Part shown: in pieces, positions 40,053 to 51,890 of the stretch
How positions within the stretch are numbered: the stretch's first letter is position 1
Layout of the letters: each line of letters begins with the position of its first letter
Assembly: GCF_001194135.2 (NCBI RefSeq)
Contig: NC_068998.1
Coordinates: forward strand, 28,897,299-28,961,298
Origin: Octopus bimaculoides
Lineage: Eukaryota
Direction: 5' to 3'
Length of the DNA: 64,000 bases
Notes under the pieces: model-generated
The model's input: only the letters and a program-made list of their open reading frames with translations
Database searches by the model: none
Told to the model about the DNA's origin: nothing
Position numbers and translations under genes: made by a program

Positions 40053-42556
40053 TTCAGCAAGAATTCTTTGTCTTGGATAACCTGCAAAATTTATGGACAC
40101 TGCCCTCTTTTCTGTTGAATAACTTTTTTCCTGGCTTGACAGTAGTTTCTTCTGTATATTTGAGAACAAAAAAGAAAAAACATGTAGGTCTCGAGATTCT
40201 AAATGAAACCCTGCAGAGACAATCTGACACATACTGACAGTTTTGACATTATTTATTATCAATAAATAATTTTGTATTAACTTGAAGAAATAAGATTATT
40301 ACATGAATAGAGAATAATGTGATGTAAAATGTAGCACAGAAAAGACAACAGGATATGTAATTATATTTAAATAATATATGAATATATCAGCTACAAATAT
40401 TGTGAATCAGTACAAAATGTGTTAGAGTCCGTTTGTATCATTTGCCTGTCATGAATGTCATATTACCTTTTCAACACAAGTGATTTACTACACATGCATT
40501 AAGAGAGAGTTTTGACAGTTAGTTCTTAAATAATGGTGTATTCTCTGAGAATCCCTACTTCTTTTACAACAGTATAAATTGCTGAAGTAGTCTCTATAGT
40601 TAGCAGCAATGTTGCCACTCTCATTACAGGACATGTATATTAAATTTGCAGTATCTTTGGTGAAGTATGTAGGTTTTTTTTCCTTTACTTTTTCTAATTT
40701 AGTTCACTTGTGTGATTTAAAAGTAGCTAATTCATAAGTTAGAAGGTATATGACAGAGCATTTTTAAGATTATTGCAAGGTACACTCCAAACTACTCCTG
40801 TGTATCAAGATTTTGTGTCTGTGTTTGGAATTTCTTCTATAATTCTTCAACAAATTCACCTTCAAGAACTTAGTGGTCAGCATACAGGAGCAAACAGTCT
40901 TAAACTCTGTTATTAGCAGGAAAAATAAAATATGATAAACTGAAGGGAGATGTGGACCAAACCATGAGGACCTAATTTACACCTGAACTCTTGCCTTCAT
41001 CAACATCTCTTTATTATAAATTGCTCCATGCACAAATCTATTCTGGCTTGCAGCAGATTTCCTCATAGAAACAGCCAGTTGTCTCCTATGCTATAAGTCT
41101 GTAGCTCCTCTTTCTCCTTTTTGCATATACATCACTTAGTACTTGTTGAGTCCCATCTCTGGCTGAGGGATCTTACAGCTTCCTTAATTTACTTCTCTAG
41201 ATTGTCTTGTAGCTCTGAGTCTGGAGTTGCTGATTATTAATCTATGTTGGTTGCTACAGTCTTTTTCAGGCTAGGACTTAGTATTCACAACCAGTGGAAG
41301 AGTGTCAGTTCACAATTTCAGACATCATTTTCAAAATCAGTAAAGGAAAATTATTAAAAATAACCATTTATATTTCTGTAATATTTTGCTTGAAAAATCA
41401 TTGTAATCATCTCCTGTCTTGATTAGATATCTCTTTATCCAATTCTTCTTTATGTCCACATTTATTTTCCTGACATTTAATTTCGCTTCCCTTTATAGAT
41501 ATTGAAACTTGTATCTATAGAAATTAAAATATCTCGCTGATATTCTTTTCAGTTTCGACAATTTAGCATAAGATTTTTTCTATTACTTACCTTGATGCTA
41601 AATTTATGAGTTCTTGTTCAATAATTTAGCCATCATTTTGTGTAACAGATATTTGTGTTTTATTCCATTTGTGTTTAGTCTTTTATGTATTTTCAACTAT
41701 TGCTGTCATTTCTTGTTATTATTTCACGTCTTCTCTGTATTTCAAGATCTTGTTCTATTTGTGGATTTTCTGTGTTAGTATTCATTTTATTAATAATCCC
41801 AGTAAAGAATTTTTTAAATTTTATTCACTTTATTAATAATCCCAGGAAAACCTTTTTCTATTTTATTCAAAATAAAATTCTAACTGATTCACTTCATTTC
41901 TATTTGTATAATACTTCCATTGAACATTTTGTCTTATTTCAATGAATAGAGACTCAATGTATGTGGTTTAGTTACTTCTTTCATTTTAGCTTAAAATGAT
42001 TTCTATCTACTTGTCTTATAAGGAATATATCTTATTTTTTATTTCAAATATTGTCCTTCATTTATTGTTTGTAATTATAGAATGAGAATAGCTTTGATAT
42101 ACATAGCTCGTATATGATTTCTTTCGAACATAAGCATAGTTACTATGTATGTTAAAAAGACATCATTAATCTTCTGTGGCATGTTTCTGAAGCTAAGTTG
42201 TACTTTTATCATCTTCAGGTTATTTTAGTTCATATCTTTTGGGGAGGTGGTTCTTCTTGCTGAACTTTTGAGTAATTATTGACTTTTAAATGTCACATAC
42301 ACAGTTCAAGTTGATGTGTGCAGCCATGCTGGATGTTCAGTGATATATCAAGAAAGAAAAAAATTAACTTCTATTTTCCAAAATTGAAAAATTTATACAT
42401 TAAATTCTTTTACTAGTTTCACTCAACAAACATAAACAAGGACGCTCACACACATGCACACACATGAGGAATGGTCCAAAATATTGAACTCAACTTAATT
42501 AAAGATCTGACAGCAGGAAAAGAATACTTTCCATACTGTCATATAAGTGCAATTAA

Positions 42557-42777
42557 CCCTTTCATTACCCACCTGGCTGAAACTGGCTCTGGCTCTGAGT
42601 ACAAATGCCTTGTTTTCAAAAGTTTTGAATTAAAATCTTCCACCAAACCTTAGAAACAATTTACGTTCCTAACACTAGCTGAATGATAACTAAGTTATTT
42701 TACTAAATTCTTTGTTATATTTAAAGTAATTGGAAGAAACACAGAGCATCTTAAAATAAATACAGTAATGAAATGGT
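42557..42777. mobile_element. piggyBac-like MITE (~221 bp)
   Basis: TTAA|CCCTTTCATTAC ... GTAATGAAATGGT|TTAA: inverted termini starting with CCC and a TTAA target duplication. Confidence 0.8.
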
Positions 42778-43812
42778 TTAAATGTATTCTCTTTTGGAAA
42801 AGTAGCTGTCTTTGTTGTCATCATCATCATATGCTTTTTTTTTTTCTCATGTTGACATTGGTTGGGCAGGTCTCACATCATCTTATCACTTGCCTTGAAT
42901 ACTTGGCACAATTCAATGATGTTTTAATAATGTTTTAATAATGCAGTATGCTTCCTAATTTCCTAATTTAATAATGTTTTACATAAATCTTCTGTGCTAC
43001 TTTCAACTTCCATAAACTTTATGAAATGTTCATAAGCACCTAGTGTTCCTATCTTTATAATAATCTATCTCTATACATATTAAGTAGCAAAGATTATAAG
43101 TAGCTGAGCTATTTATGATGCTCTGCCTGACAGACATTGCTAGGCACTCATTTCACAAAAAATAAACATCACAGTTAAATAAGACATTTGTTGAAAGTCA
43201 TGGGGTGAATCCACTTGTGACATGGGAAGATAAAAAGAATGATGTGAATATTTTTGCTTGATACAGTCAAAGAGTTTAATTAATCAAAGCATCTTCCACT
43301 TGAGCACAGGACCCTCCCTTGGCACGAGACCCAATTTGAACGCTTCTAGATGGGTCGCATGCTCCACTGCTTGAAAAGTCCACATGTCTTTATTCTTTTC
43401 ATTTCTTTCTTCTTGGCATATTTCTTTTCATGGCTGGATGGCTTTCCTATCACCAATTACTTGGACTAAGTTAATTCAATCTTGCTCTTGGCACTTGAGA
43501 AATTGTCTACACTGGGACTAAAGATCTTCTTCATACTAATTTAAATAAAACTAATCACTGTGGAAGACTACCTTGAAAATGAAACAAAATTTATGAATAT
43601 TGTCCATATATATATAGTATACACTTTGTATCCATATATATCTAGTATACATTTAGTATATAATTATACAATTACTATCCAAATATTCTGGATGTAAAAG
43701 TATTGGTCCCTCTATGACCAGACATATATTTACCTGCATGTAAATACATTACTGCTCTATCCTTTAGAGTGTGCTTCTTTTTCGGATATATGATCTCCTG
43801 ACAATACTATCC

Positions 43813-43916
<104 letters not shown>

Positions 43917-44165
43917 TATACATTTATATATTTAGGATGCATTTATATATTTAATATTCATTTAGTATTCATACATATATAGTATACATATTCATATTAG
44001 TATACAATTAATAGTCATATATATCATTATCATTATCATTTAGTGTCCACTTTCCATGTTGGCATGGGTTAGATGGTTTTACTGAAACTGGTAAGCTAGA
44101 GAGCTGTACCGGATGCCAGTCTGATTTTGGCCTGGTTTCTACAGCTGAATGCCCTTCCTAATACC

Positions 44166-44208
<43 letters not shown>

Positions 44209-44446
44209 CATGAATGTATATGTGTGCATGTGTGTTTGTGTTTGTATATATATATATATATATATTATATATTGATATTAGTTGCATATATATAGTTAGC
44301 ACACTTTTAGCATCCATTTCTATATTTAGTGTACAAGGAGAATCAGATAGATAAGATTCCTCAGATGTTCCCAACTAACTGTTGGGTAATGTCATGGTAG
44401 TTAACTAAGAAATGTAATCTTAAAGATGGTGCTTACTTATTTTCAG

Positions 44447-44534
44447 AGTCCATAGACAAAAATCCATCTTTGAAAACGATATATCATTCAAATGTGTAAA
44501 CCTTTATGTAAGGTATAACATTGCCCATGAAAAA
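44447..44534 (+). CDS. Candidate internal exon: (R)VHRQKSIFENDISFKCVNLYVRYNIAHEK
   Basis: Acceptor CTTATTTTCAG| and donor AAA|GTAAGA. Only the phase-2 frame is open, which matches the phase-2 end of exon 9810-9904. Confidence 0.55.
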
Positions 44535-45060
44535 GTAAGACAGTTACTTGCTTGTTTTGATATAATTTATTTTGTAACAGTTACAATAGATAACAAAATT
44601 CATTGGACAGAGAACAAAATAACATGTAATATTGGATGATATCCATTTACATTCTGAGCTCAAACCCTATTTAAGCCCAATTAGCCTTTTGTCCTTCCAA
44701 AATAAATTAAACGACTCTGGAGTCAATGTAATCAACTATACCCTATATGTCGGTGCCCCAACATGGACACAATTAAGTGATTGAAACTAGTACAAGAATA
44801 AAAGAACAAATCAAAAAGCTGAATAAGTTTGTAAAATTTGTTCCAGCATATATCTCACATTTAGGGATTTTAGTAAATATATATCAGATGTGGACAATGT
44901 GATGCATGCATCTTTTACCTCTTTTTGTAGAGTAGTACATGTAATAACATGATTATATAAATGTAACTTTTTACTTAAATTTTGTAACACGCTTAAGGTC
45001 TGACTTTATTTGAACAACTACATTTCTGTCTCTCTCTCTGTCTTTCTCTCTCTCTCCCTG

Positions 45061-45093
<33 letters not shown>

Positions 45094-45514
45094 NNNNNNN
45101 NNNGTCTCTCTCTCTGTCTTTCTCTCTCTCTCCCTGTGTCTTTCTCTCTCTCTCTCTCTGTCTTTCTCTCTTTCTCTCTTTGTCTTTCTCTCTCTCCCTG
45201 TGTCTTTCTCTCTCTCTGTCTTTCTCTCACTCCCTATGTCTTTCTCACTCTCTCTCTCACACACACACTCCCCCCCCACACACACACATTTACTCATGTT
45301 TTTTCTCAATCAAATGTTTGTGATTTACTTTGGTGTAGTAAATGGTTTTTCTGTATTACATAGAGTGCTTGTTAAATCATCTGATTTATGATGAGCAAAA
45401 TTTCATAAGCCCCACTGCTACAAAATGTTGGCCTGGCTATACTAGCTGAAGCATTCTATTGAAATATCACTGGGTGTAAAGTATGTTGTATTTTGTTTAT
45501 GTTATCAGAAATAC

Positions 45515-45865
45515 ATGGATGGGATTAAGAAGTTTGCTGCCCAACCACATAGTTTCAGGTTCAGTCCCACTGCATGGCACCTTGGGCATGTGTGTGTGTG
45601 TGTGTGTGTGTGTATTGTATGGATGCATGTGTGTGTGTGTGTGTGTGTTTGTTATTCCTTGCATTGACATCTTGTGATTGTTGTAAATGAATGTCATTCA
45701 TTTCCATTATTCTGTGAAAACATGTCCAACCATGGGGACATATTACCTTACTTGGAAATAAGTAAGGGTTGGTGACAGGCAAAGCATCTGTCCATAAAAA
45801 AATTGTATTATAAAACACTTTTCACCTATGCAAGCATGTCAAAATGAATGTTAAAATGTTGTTGT
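45515..45865 (+). mobile_element. SINE with internal (GT)n and RTE-type tail; related head at ~53050-53200
   Basis: Head AAGAAGTTTGCT...GGTTCAGTCCCACTGCATGGCACCTTGGGCA recurs at 53058. The 3' end runs into (TGT)n(GAT)n. Confidence 0.7.
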
Positions 45866-45892
45866 TGTTGTTGTTGTTATTGTTGTTGATGG

Positions 45893-45930
<38 letters not shown>

Positions 45931-47545
45931 CATCAAAAGTAATAGTTATAACTGAAGGTCATTAGACAATGGATGTTACTTCCTGTTAGGCCTTCTTTGT
46001 GTCCTTATAGTTATTAGAAAATAAGTTGATTAAAAAAGAATGTTTTTTAAAAATAATTCAACAATGTCCCTGCAAAACTGTATGCATTAACTTTGCTCTT
46101 GAAGCATGTATATTAAGTTGGATGTTATTTATGGTTTATTCATAGTTCCAGGATATCATTGCACCAGGTGTGATTATATTGTTGAAGAATTTATTGAATG
46201 ACAGAACGTCAGAATTTTGTAGAGATAAAAGAGTTAGAAGAAGAAATAGATGAAGGCATTTTAGAGGAGATCAAATTGTCAACAGTATAAGTGTTCAGAT
46301 TTTAATGAATCCATATGAGCAGTTGGAAAGTAATGGAAGAACATTTATGATGCTAATGAATCTGAAGTTTGTGTTGAGTGCAGACATCGTTTTTAATTCA
46401 TTGAAATGTTTCATTAGAGAAGACGCAACCAGATAGAATGAAGAAAAGTATTTCAAGTGAGAAAATTCTTTGACGAACTCAGTGCGTTATAATATTTTCA
46501 CACTAGAGAGTTATATTTGTTTTCACTTTTAGAAATATTCTTTTACTGGTTTCAGTGATTGATCTATCAATAAGTAAGACCTCAGTCCTTGCTTTATCAA
46601 CTGTGACAGAATGAAAGACAAAATAGAACTGGGTTGGATGTAATTGAATATTACATGATGTTCTGTCTGATGTTCTACCAACTCTGCCAGTCACTCAGTG
46701 AATCATTCAGAGAATAGCATTTTTCAAATTTAGATTTTAAGTTGTCTCAACAATTATTGCTTGATGAGATATAAGTAGGTTTGTTTAGTGGGAAGATGTT
46801 GATACTATATTTAATAAAGAACTGTCAGCTGTTAACTGTTAAGTTAACTTAGTTGCATTATAGATAAACATAACATTTACAAATCCCCAAAATGTAGGGT
46901 GGTCTTGCTTACTAGAAATAGCAGCCAAATCTCTCTCAAATTATACTGTGCTATCTTAAGAATTACTAAAGATAGTGCTGTTTAGGATTATCTGTCTATG
47001 AAAATGATTGGAATGATCATGGCTTGCTTGCTTTTCATCATAGTTTTACTTGATCAAGGCGAAATTATGACTGAAATATAACAAGCAAACTTGCATCAAT
47101 ATATTTGTAGCTTTCAAAGCTGGATGTGTCTGTGTGTATTTAGTGTATGTCTGTTAATGCCACTGCTTCTTTGTCAGTTGTTGTTGTTGTTTGGCTCATG
47201 TTGCATAATTCCCAATATATGAAAGTCTGGCTCTAATGTATAGCTGCATCTCTTGCTTAAAAATGGGCAACCAGAAATAATATGGTTATAATTGTCCAGC
47301 AATCTCTGTAGATGCAGCAGTCTCAGTGCAAATCTTCACCATATTACTGTAACAGAATAAAAAAAAAAAAGCACTCTACCCTCTGCTTTAAACAACCCAC
47401 TGATCAGGAGAATTAACAATTACAAACGCAGCCCTCTTTTCAGAAGCTTGATTACTTCAATGTACAATGGTGCTATTTGGTCAGTAGTTGTAATAGTTGT
47501 AATAGGTGCACTAAATGTCCACTTATTATAACTAGTTTGAATATA

Positions 47546-48325
47546 CATGGTCTAATCAATAAGTATCCGGACTGTTGCCATAGTAACGAAGTTAAAGTAC
47601 ACAGAGTGCAGTTGCTTGGCACAGATTGACCTTGAACTCTGTTGTGCATGTGCACTAAGTTTTAAGCAGTGTTTACAGTAGTGCTTGGAAGCGACGTGTA
47701 TAGCGTATGATCACCGCATTGATCATGACAGAGAAAGTTGAGCAGAGAATCAGCATCATATTTTGCCAAAAGCTTGGTGATACCTGCTCAAAGGCTTACA
47801 CAAAGTTTCAAAACATTTTCATCGTTCTTGACACACTCAAACACATCTTATGCAACTGAAACCCAAGTGTCTTTTTGGTCAGCTAAAAGCAGTTTTGACA
47901 CAAACTCGGCAGACACATGTCTCATACTGAAATCTTCAGTGATAATGGACTGAACCATAACTAATCTGCACATCCTCTGATTACTCGCAGATGGTGATTC
48001 CCCTCACAGCTGCACACACATCTGCGATGTTTTTCTCAGTTCTGCTGGTTGCAGATCTGATCTCCCAGAACGTTTATCAATATCAACATTTTTTCAGCCA
48101 TCTTGGAAACATCTGAACCCCTCATACACTCTTCTCCATATACTTTCTGCAACTACACACCTTCCTTCCAAGCACTACTCTAAACAGTGGAAGTGGGCTA
48201 GAATGTTAAAACTTAGTGCACATGCACAGCAGAGTTCAAGGTAAATCTTTGCCAAGCAGCTTCACTCTGTGTGCTTTAGCTTCATTACTATAGCCACATT
48301 CCGGATACTTATTGATTAGACCTCA
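47546..48325 (-). mobile_element. Non-autonomous mariner derivative with long inverted arms (fold-back), copy 2
   Basis: TA|CATGGTCTAATCAATAAGTATCCGGA ... TCCGGATACTTATTGATTAGACCTCA|TA. The interior is the reverse complement of copy 1. Confidence 0.92.
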
Positions 48326-48639
48326 TATGTTTCATTTGGTAAGAGTGTCCTCTCTCATTGCATCTTTCCCAATTAGTTTCAATATTCTTACTAATATAAA
48401 TTGAACAAACATAGCACAATCTTATTTTTCTCTTTGCAAATTTTTAATTTTGATTTCTTGGGCATATTTTAATCCCTGAAATTTATTTCATTATTTTAAA
48501 ATGTGTTGCATTTATTTGAATTGATTTAATAATAATGAATAAATGAAGTTAGAAAAAAGTTTACTGAATTATTTAATGAGTGTACATAAGATCTGTATCT
48601 CAATATTTATTACATCAAATTTGTCTTGCATTCTTCTAG

Positions 48640-48757
48640 TGTCAATAACAAACAGTGTCAATCATATGCTAAATTTGATTTGTAACAAGTTAAAAATTGA
48701 TAATGTGCAAAGTGAAAAGTTCACCTTGTACTCAATCAAAAATGATCAGCTACAAAT
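48640..48757 (+). CDS. Weak candidate exon: SITNSVNHMLNLICNKLKIDNVQSEKFTLYSIKNDQLQ
   Basis: Acceptor TTTGTCTTGCATTCTTCTAG| and donor AT|GTATGA; one open frame (phase 1 to 2). The phase does not join directly to exon 44447-44534. Confidence 0.25.
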
Positions 48758-50202
48758 GTATGAGAGCAAAAAAGAAAATTATTACTTTTTTTTCTGAATA
48801 TCTGTGTTTTAAGTATAAATTATGCTTTAACTTCTATTTTTCTACTTTTTCAATCACAGACAACATTTGGGAGATCAAAGGTATATATTTCTCTCTTTGT
48901 TTAAGTGGTTTTTGTAGTGACATTGCTGTAAAATCTTGTTAGTTTACATCTTTACCCTTCATAGCAAGCACATTGCATGAATATTTTATATTTTAAATTA
49001 TTCTGAGAATAAAACATCAGAATAATTTATATAATCTTTGAGTATGATGTACCACTGTATAAACTGGAGTTTTACAAACTAAATTACTAATTATGCCTGA
49101 ACCAGTTCTGTATCTTCCTCTTCCTCTGTGTTTTTTATTTGTTAAATAGCTCTGTTCAGCCATACTCTACTCCATACTCTACTAAAAATGTCACACATAG
49201 CCATTTAAATACATTAGGAATGATTAGGTTTAACTAAACTTACCTTTGTCTATGTGTTCTTTGCCATCTTATATACAATATTCAATGTACAGTCTTACTG
49301 AGAAATTGATAATCATGCAGAGATATACAGAATGTATATATGGTTGTTACAGCTTATTCAATTTATTTTTTGCATAAATTTTGGGATATTATTGTAGATG
49401 TGCATAGGTGTGTTGTTATTTGGTTTCTCATCAATAGCATTGGGGTATATAGTTGATTGGACTCTGTTAATATACATAAAATTCACAGATGTTCTGTTTC
49501 ACATGTCAAGATCATCTTTAATGCTATACTACGTAAATTATTTTCACGTGAAGTGTGCATACAATTTTTGTGAAGGCATCATTTAAACAGATTGAGAGTT
49601 TGTTGTCCAGACAGGATTAATTCATTCTGAATTGATTGTAAGGGACTATAAACATCTGTACATAAACTGCTGTCAAACAAAGCACATGAATAAGCTGCTA
49701 AATATGCACTTACAGTTTGTTTTTTTTCTGAAATTTTATACATTTAATTAATAGTCTTGGAAAATTCTTTCTAATCATTGAACAACATCAAAAAGGCACC
49801 ATACCTCACCTGTGGAAAATCTCCTTTGTTAATCCTCATTTGGTTTCTTTTTTTCTTTTTCCTTTTTGAGCAGAAAAGGATATAAGTTACAGAAATTAAA
49901 TGCTGAAGGAATCTGAATTATAAAAGTACTTTGTAGAAGCAAGACTAATACAGTAGACCCCGCTTTATAAATCCATCTTGGGACCGCCTATTTTGGATTT
50001 ATTAAACGAGGAATTTATTAACCAAAGGAACAAAATCTACCAATTGATTAAACATGTGGATCTATTAAAATACATACATATGTGAATACACAAATAAAAA
50101 CAATGTCGTTGGATGAAAAATTTGTTGAGTGTTGTTTGCTTTGCTGGGCACTTTGTTCTCAACTCCGCATTGATTTTTTTCTGTAAGAGTTCTAAAAAGA
50201 TT

Positions 50203-51682
50203 CATGTCACTGAAATCAAAACTTTTAGATAGTGTCTCATTTCAGCTGGTGTTGGAGGCTCTGGAACTCTTTCATGAGCATCAATGTCGGAATTGCCATC
50301 TTCTTCTCCTTCAGTTTCCTTCTTAGATTGCCAAATATCATGAATGATCTCATCCAGTTTTTCTTCTTCAGTGATGATCTCTGGAGCACACAACAGCACC
50401 ATCATCTATGGACAACCAGTTCTCGAGTTGCTTTTTGGTCAATCCAGTAGGTGGTGAAGACAGGTTCAAATCTTCATTAACATCTATGACTTCATTTGAT
50501 TCTTCAGCCAAAACAAAACCAGCTTTGGTCCAACAATGTTTGATTATCTGGCTAGAGACCTGCTTCCAAGCTATGTATGTGGTATCCAAAATAGTGATCT
50601 GCTTTACAACTTCTTGGAAAGAAATATCACGTTTAGTGTCTTCCATAGCATCAATGATCTCATGCATTTCATGTTTGAAGGAAGCTTTCAAGATCTTGAT
50701 TATCCCCATGTCACCGTGCTGCAGCACTGACATTGTGTTGGGAGGAAGAAATTTTAAAGTGATATTCTTGAGATCATCGATGACTACATGAGAAGAGCAA
50801 TTATCAAGTAGGACCACCACTTGCCTTCTAGATTCCTGCAAATGACGATCCCAAGATCTGAGGCATTTCCATAGATATTTTTCTATCATCCAAGAATTGG
50901 TTGAAAAGTTGTACTGAATCAGAAGCATTTTATCATTTTTGAAGCATCTGGCTAAACTAGCCTTTCTGATTAAGAACAAGTCTTCTTTGTCTCCATTCAT
51001 GTTGCAGGCCACCATCAAGGTCATATGGTCCTTTGACGTCTTAAAGCTCCTCACAGTTTTCTGGCACCTCTCATTGACATATGTATTCCCTGTAATGCAT
51101 GAAAGTAGATCCCAGTTTCATCAGCATTGTAGATGTCCTGTGGCTGATACGATTTTAGCAGAAGCTGCATGGTTGTCTCACGAAATTGGTGGGCTCCATC
51201 GATATCAGCTTTAGCTGCATCACCTGCAAAGTATGAAATGTTTAGTTTGTGTTCTCTAAAGAGAAAAATGTGAACTAGTGAACTACAAAGCTTACCTTTT
51301 AGAACCATAAAAGAGATTCCATGCCTTTTTTGTAACGGTAAAACCAATCTTCAGATGCCTTAAAATCGTGTCCAGCAGCTTGAGCAATGGTGTTGGCTTT
51401 GTGCATTAGGATCAGGCCATTGACGGGCATGTTTCTTGAGCGAATAAATTGAAACCAATCGTAGAGAGCACAGTTTATCTGTTGGGGCTTTCTCTTTCAT
51501 GAACAGCCATCATGTTCTTTGGCACAAAGGTCATCCTCATTCTTTAGCAAATTCTAGAGCAGAATTCTTGAAATTCCAAAACTCTGTAATGCTTTCCACT
51601 GAGTTGTTTTCCCAAGAGCTTTGTAACATTCTAACAATTGAATCTTTTCTGCCACAGATTTGTTCTGCCTCTCTCTTTTCAT
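50203..51682 (-). pseudogene. Tigger/pogo transposase pseudogene (psq and CENP-B-type HTH, DDE_1 domain) with one intron
   Basis: MKRERQNKSVAEKIQLLE..., WFQFIRSRNMPVNGLIL...DWFYRYKKRHGI, DIYNADETG, VVVLLDNCSSH and FLPPNTMSVLQHGDMGII; interrupted by stops and frameshifts. Confidence 0.93.
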
Positions 51683-51734
51683 TTTGAACATTTTGAATAA
51701 CTTGTGTGTATTAATACGGTTCTATATTTAAGAG

Positions 51735-51890
51735 ATGATGAATTATGTACATTATTTACACTATTTACATTATTTATATTTGATGGATATCTGTCCTCAT
51801 CTTGTTTGTTGTTCACACAACGTTTCAGCTGATATACCCTCCAGCCTTCATCAGGTGTCTTGGGGAAATTTTGAACTTGGGTTCACTTGT
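51735..51890 (-). mobile_element. Penelope-type terminal-repeat fragment nested in the Tigger 5' region
   Basis: Carries the hammerhead motif and a short (ATTATTTAC)-like tail. The Penelope assignment is an inference from the known association of such hammerheads with Penelope elements. Confidence 0.6.
51815..51858 (-). ncRNA. Minimal type I hammerhead ribozyme motif
   Basis: Minus strand reads ACAC-CUGAUGA-A-GGCUG-GAGGGUAUAU-CAGCU-GAA-ACGU-U-GUGU. It has both core motifs, stem I ACAC/GUGU, stem II GGCUG/CAGCU and a palindromic stem III ACGU. Confidence 0.75.

Noticed and set aside
39927-40262. 111-aa minus-strand ORF with a plausible acceptor, plus an antisense open exon-like segment at ~39891-40039
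   Set aside because: Much of it lies in the piggyBac-like MITE 39832-40052. The plus-strand version would create a TGA when joined to exon 44447.
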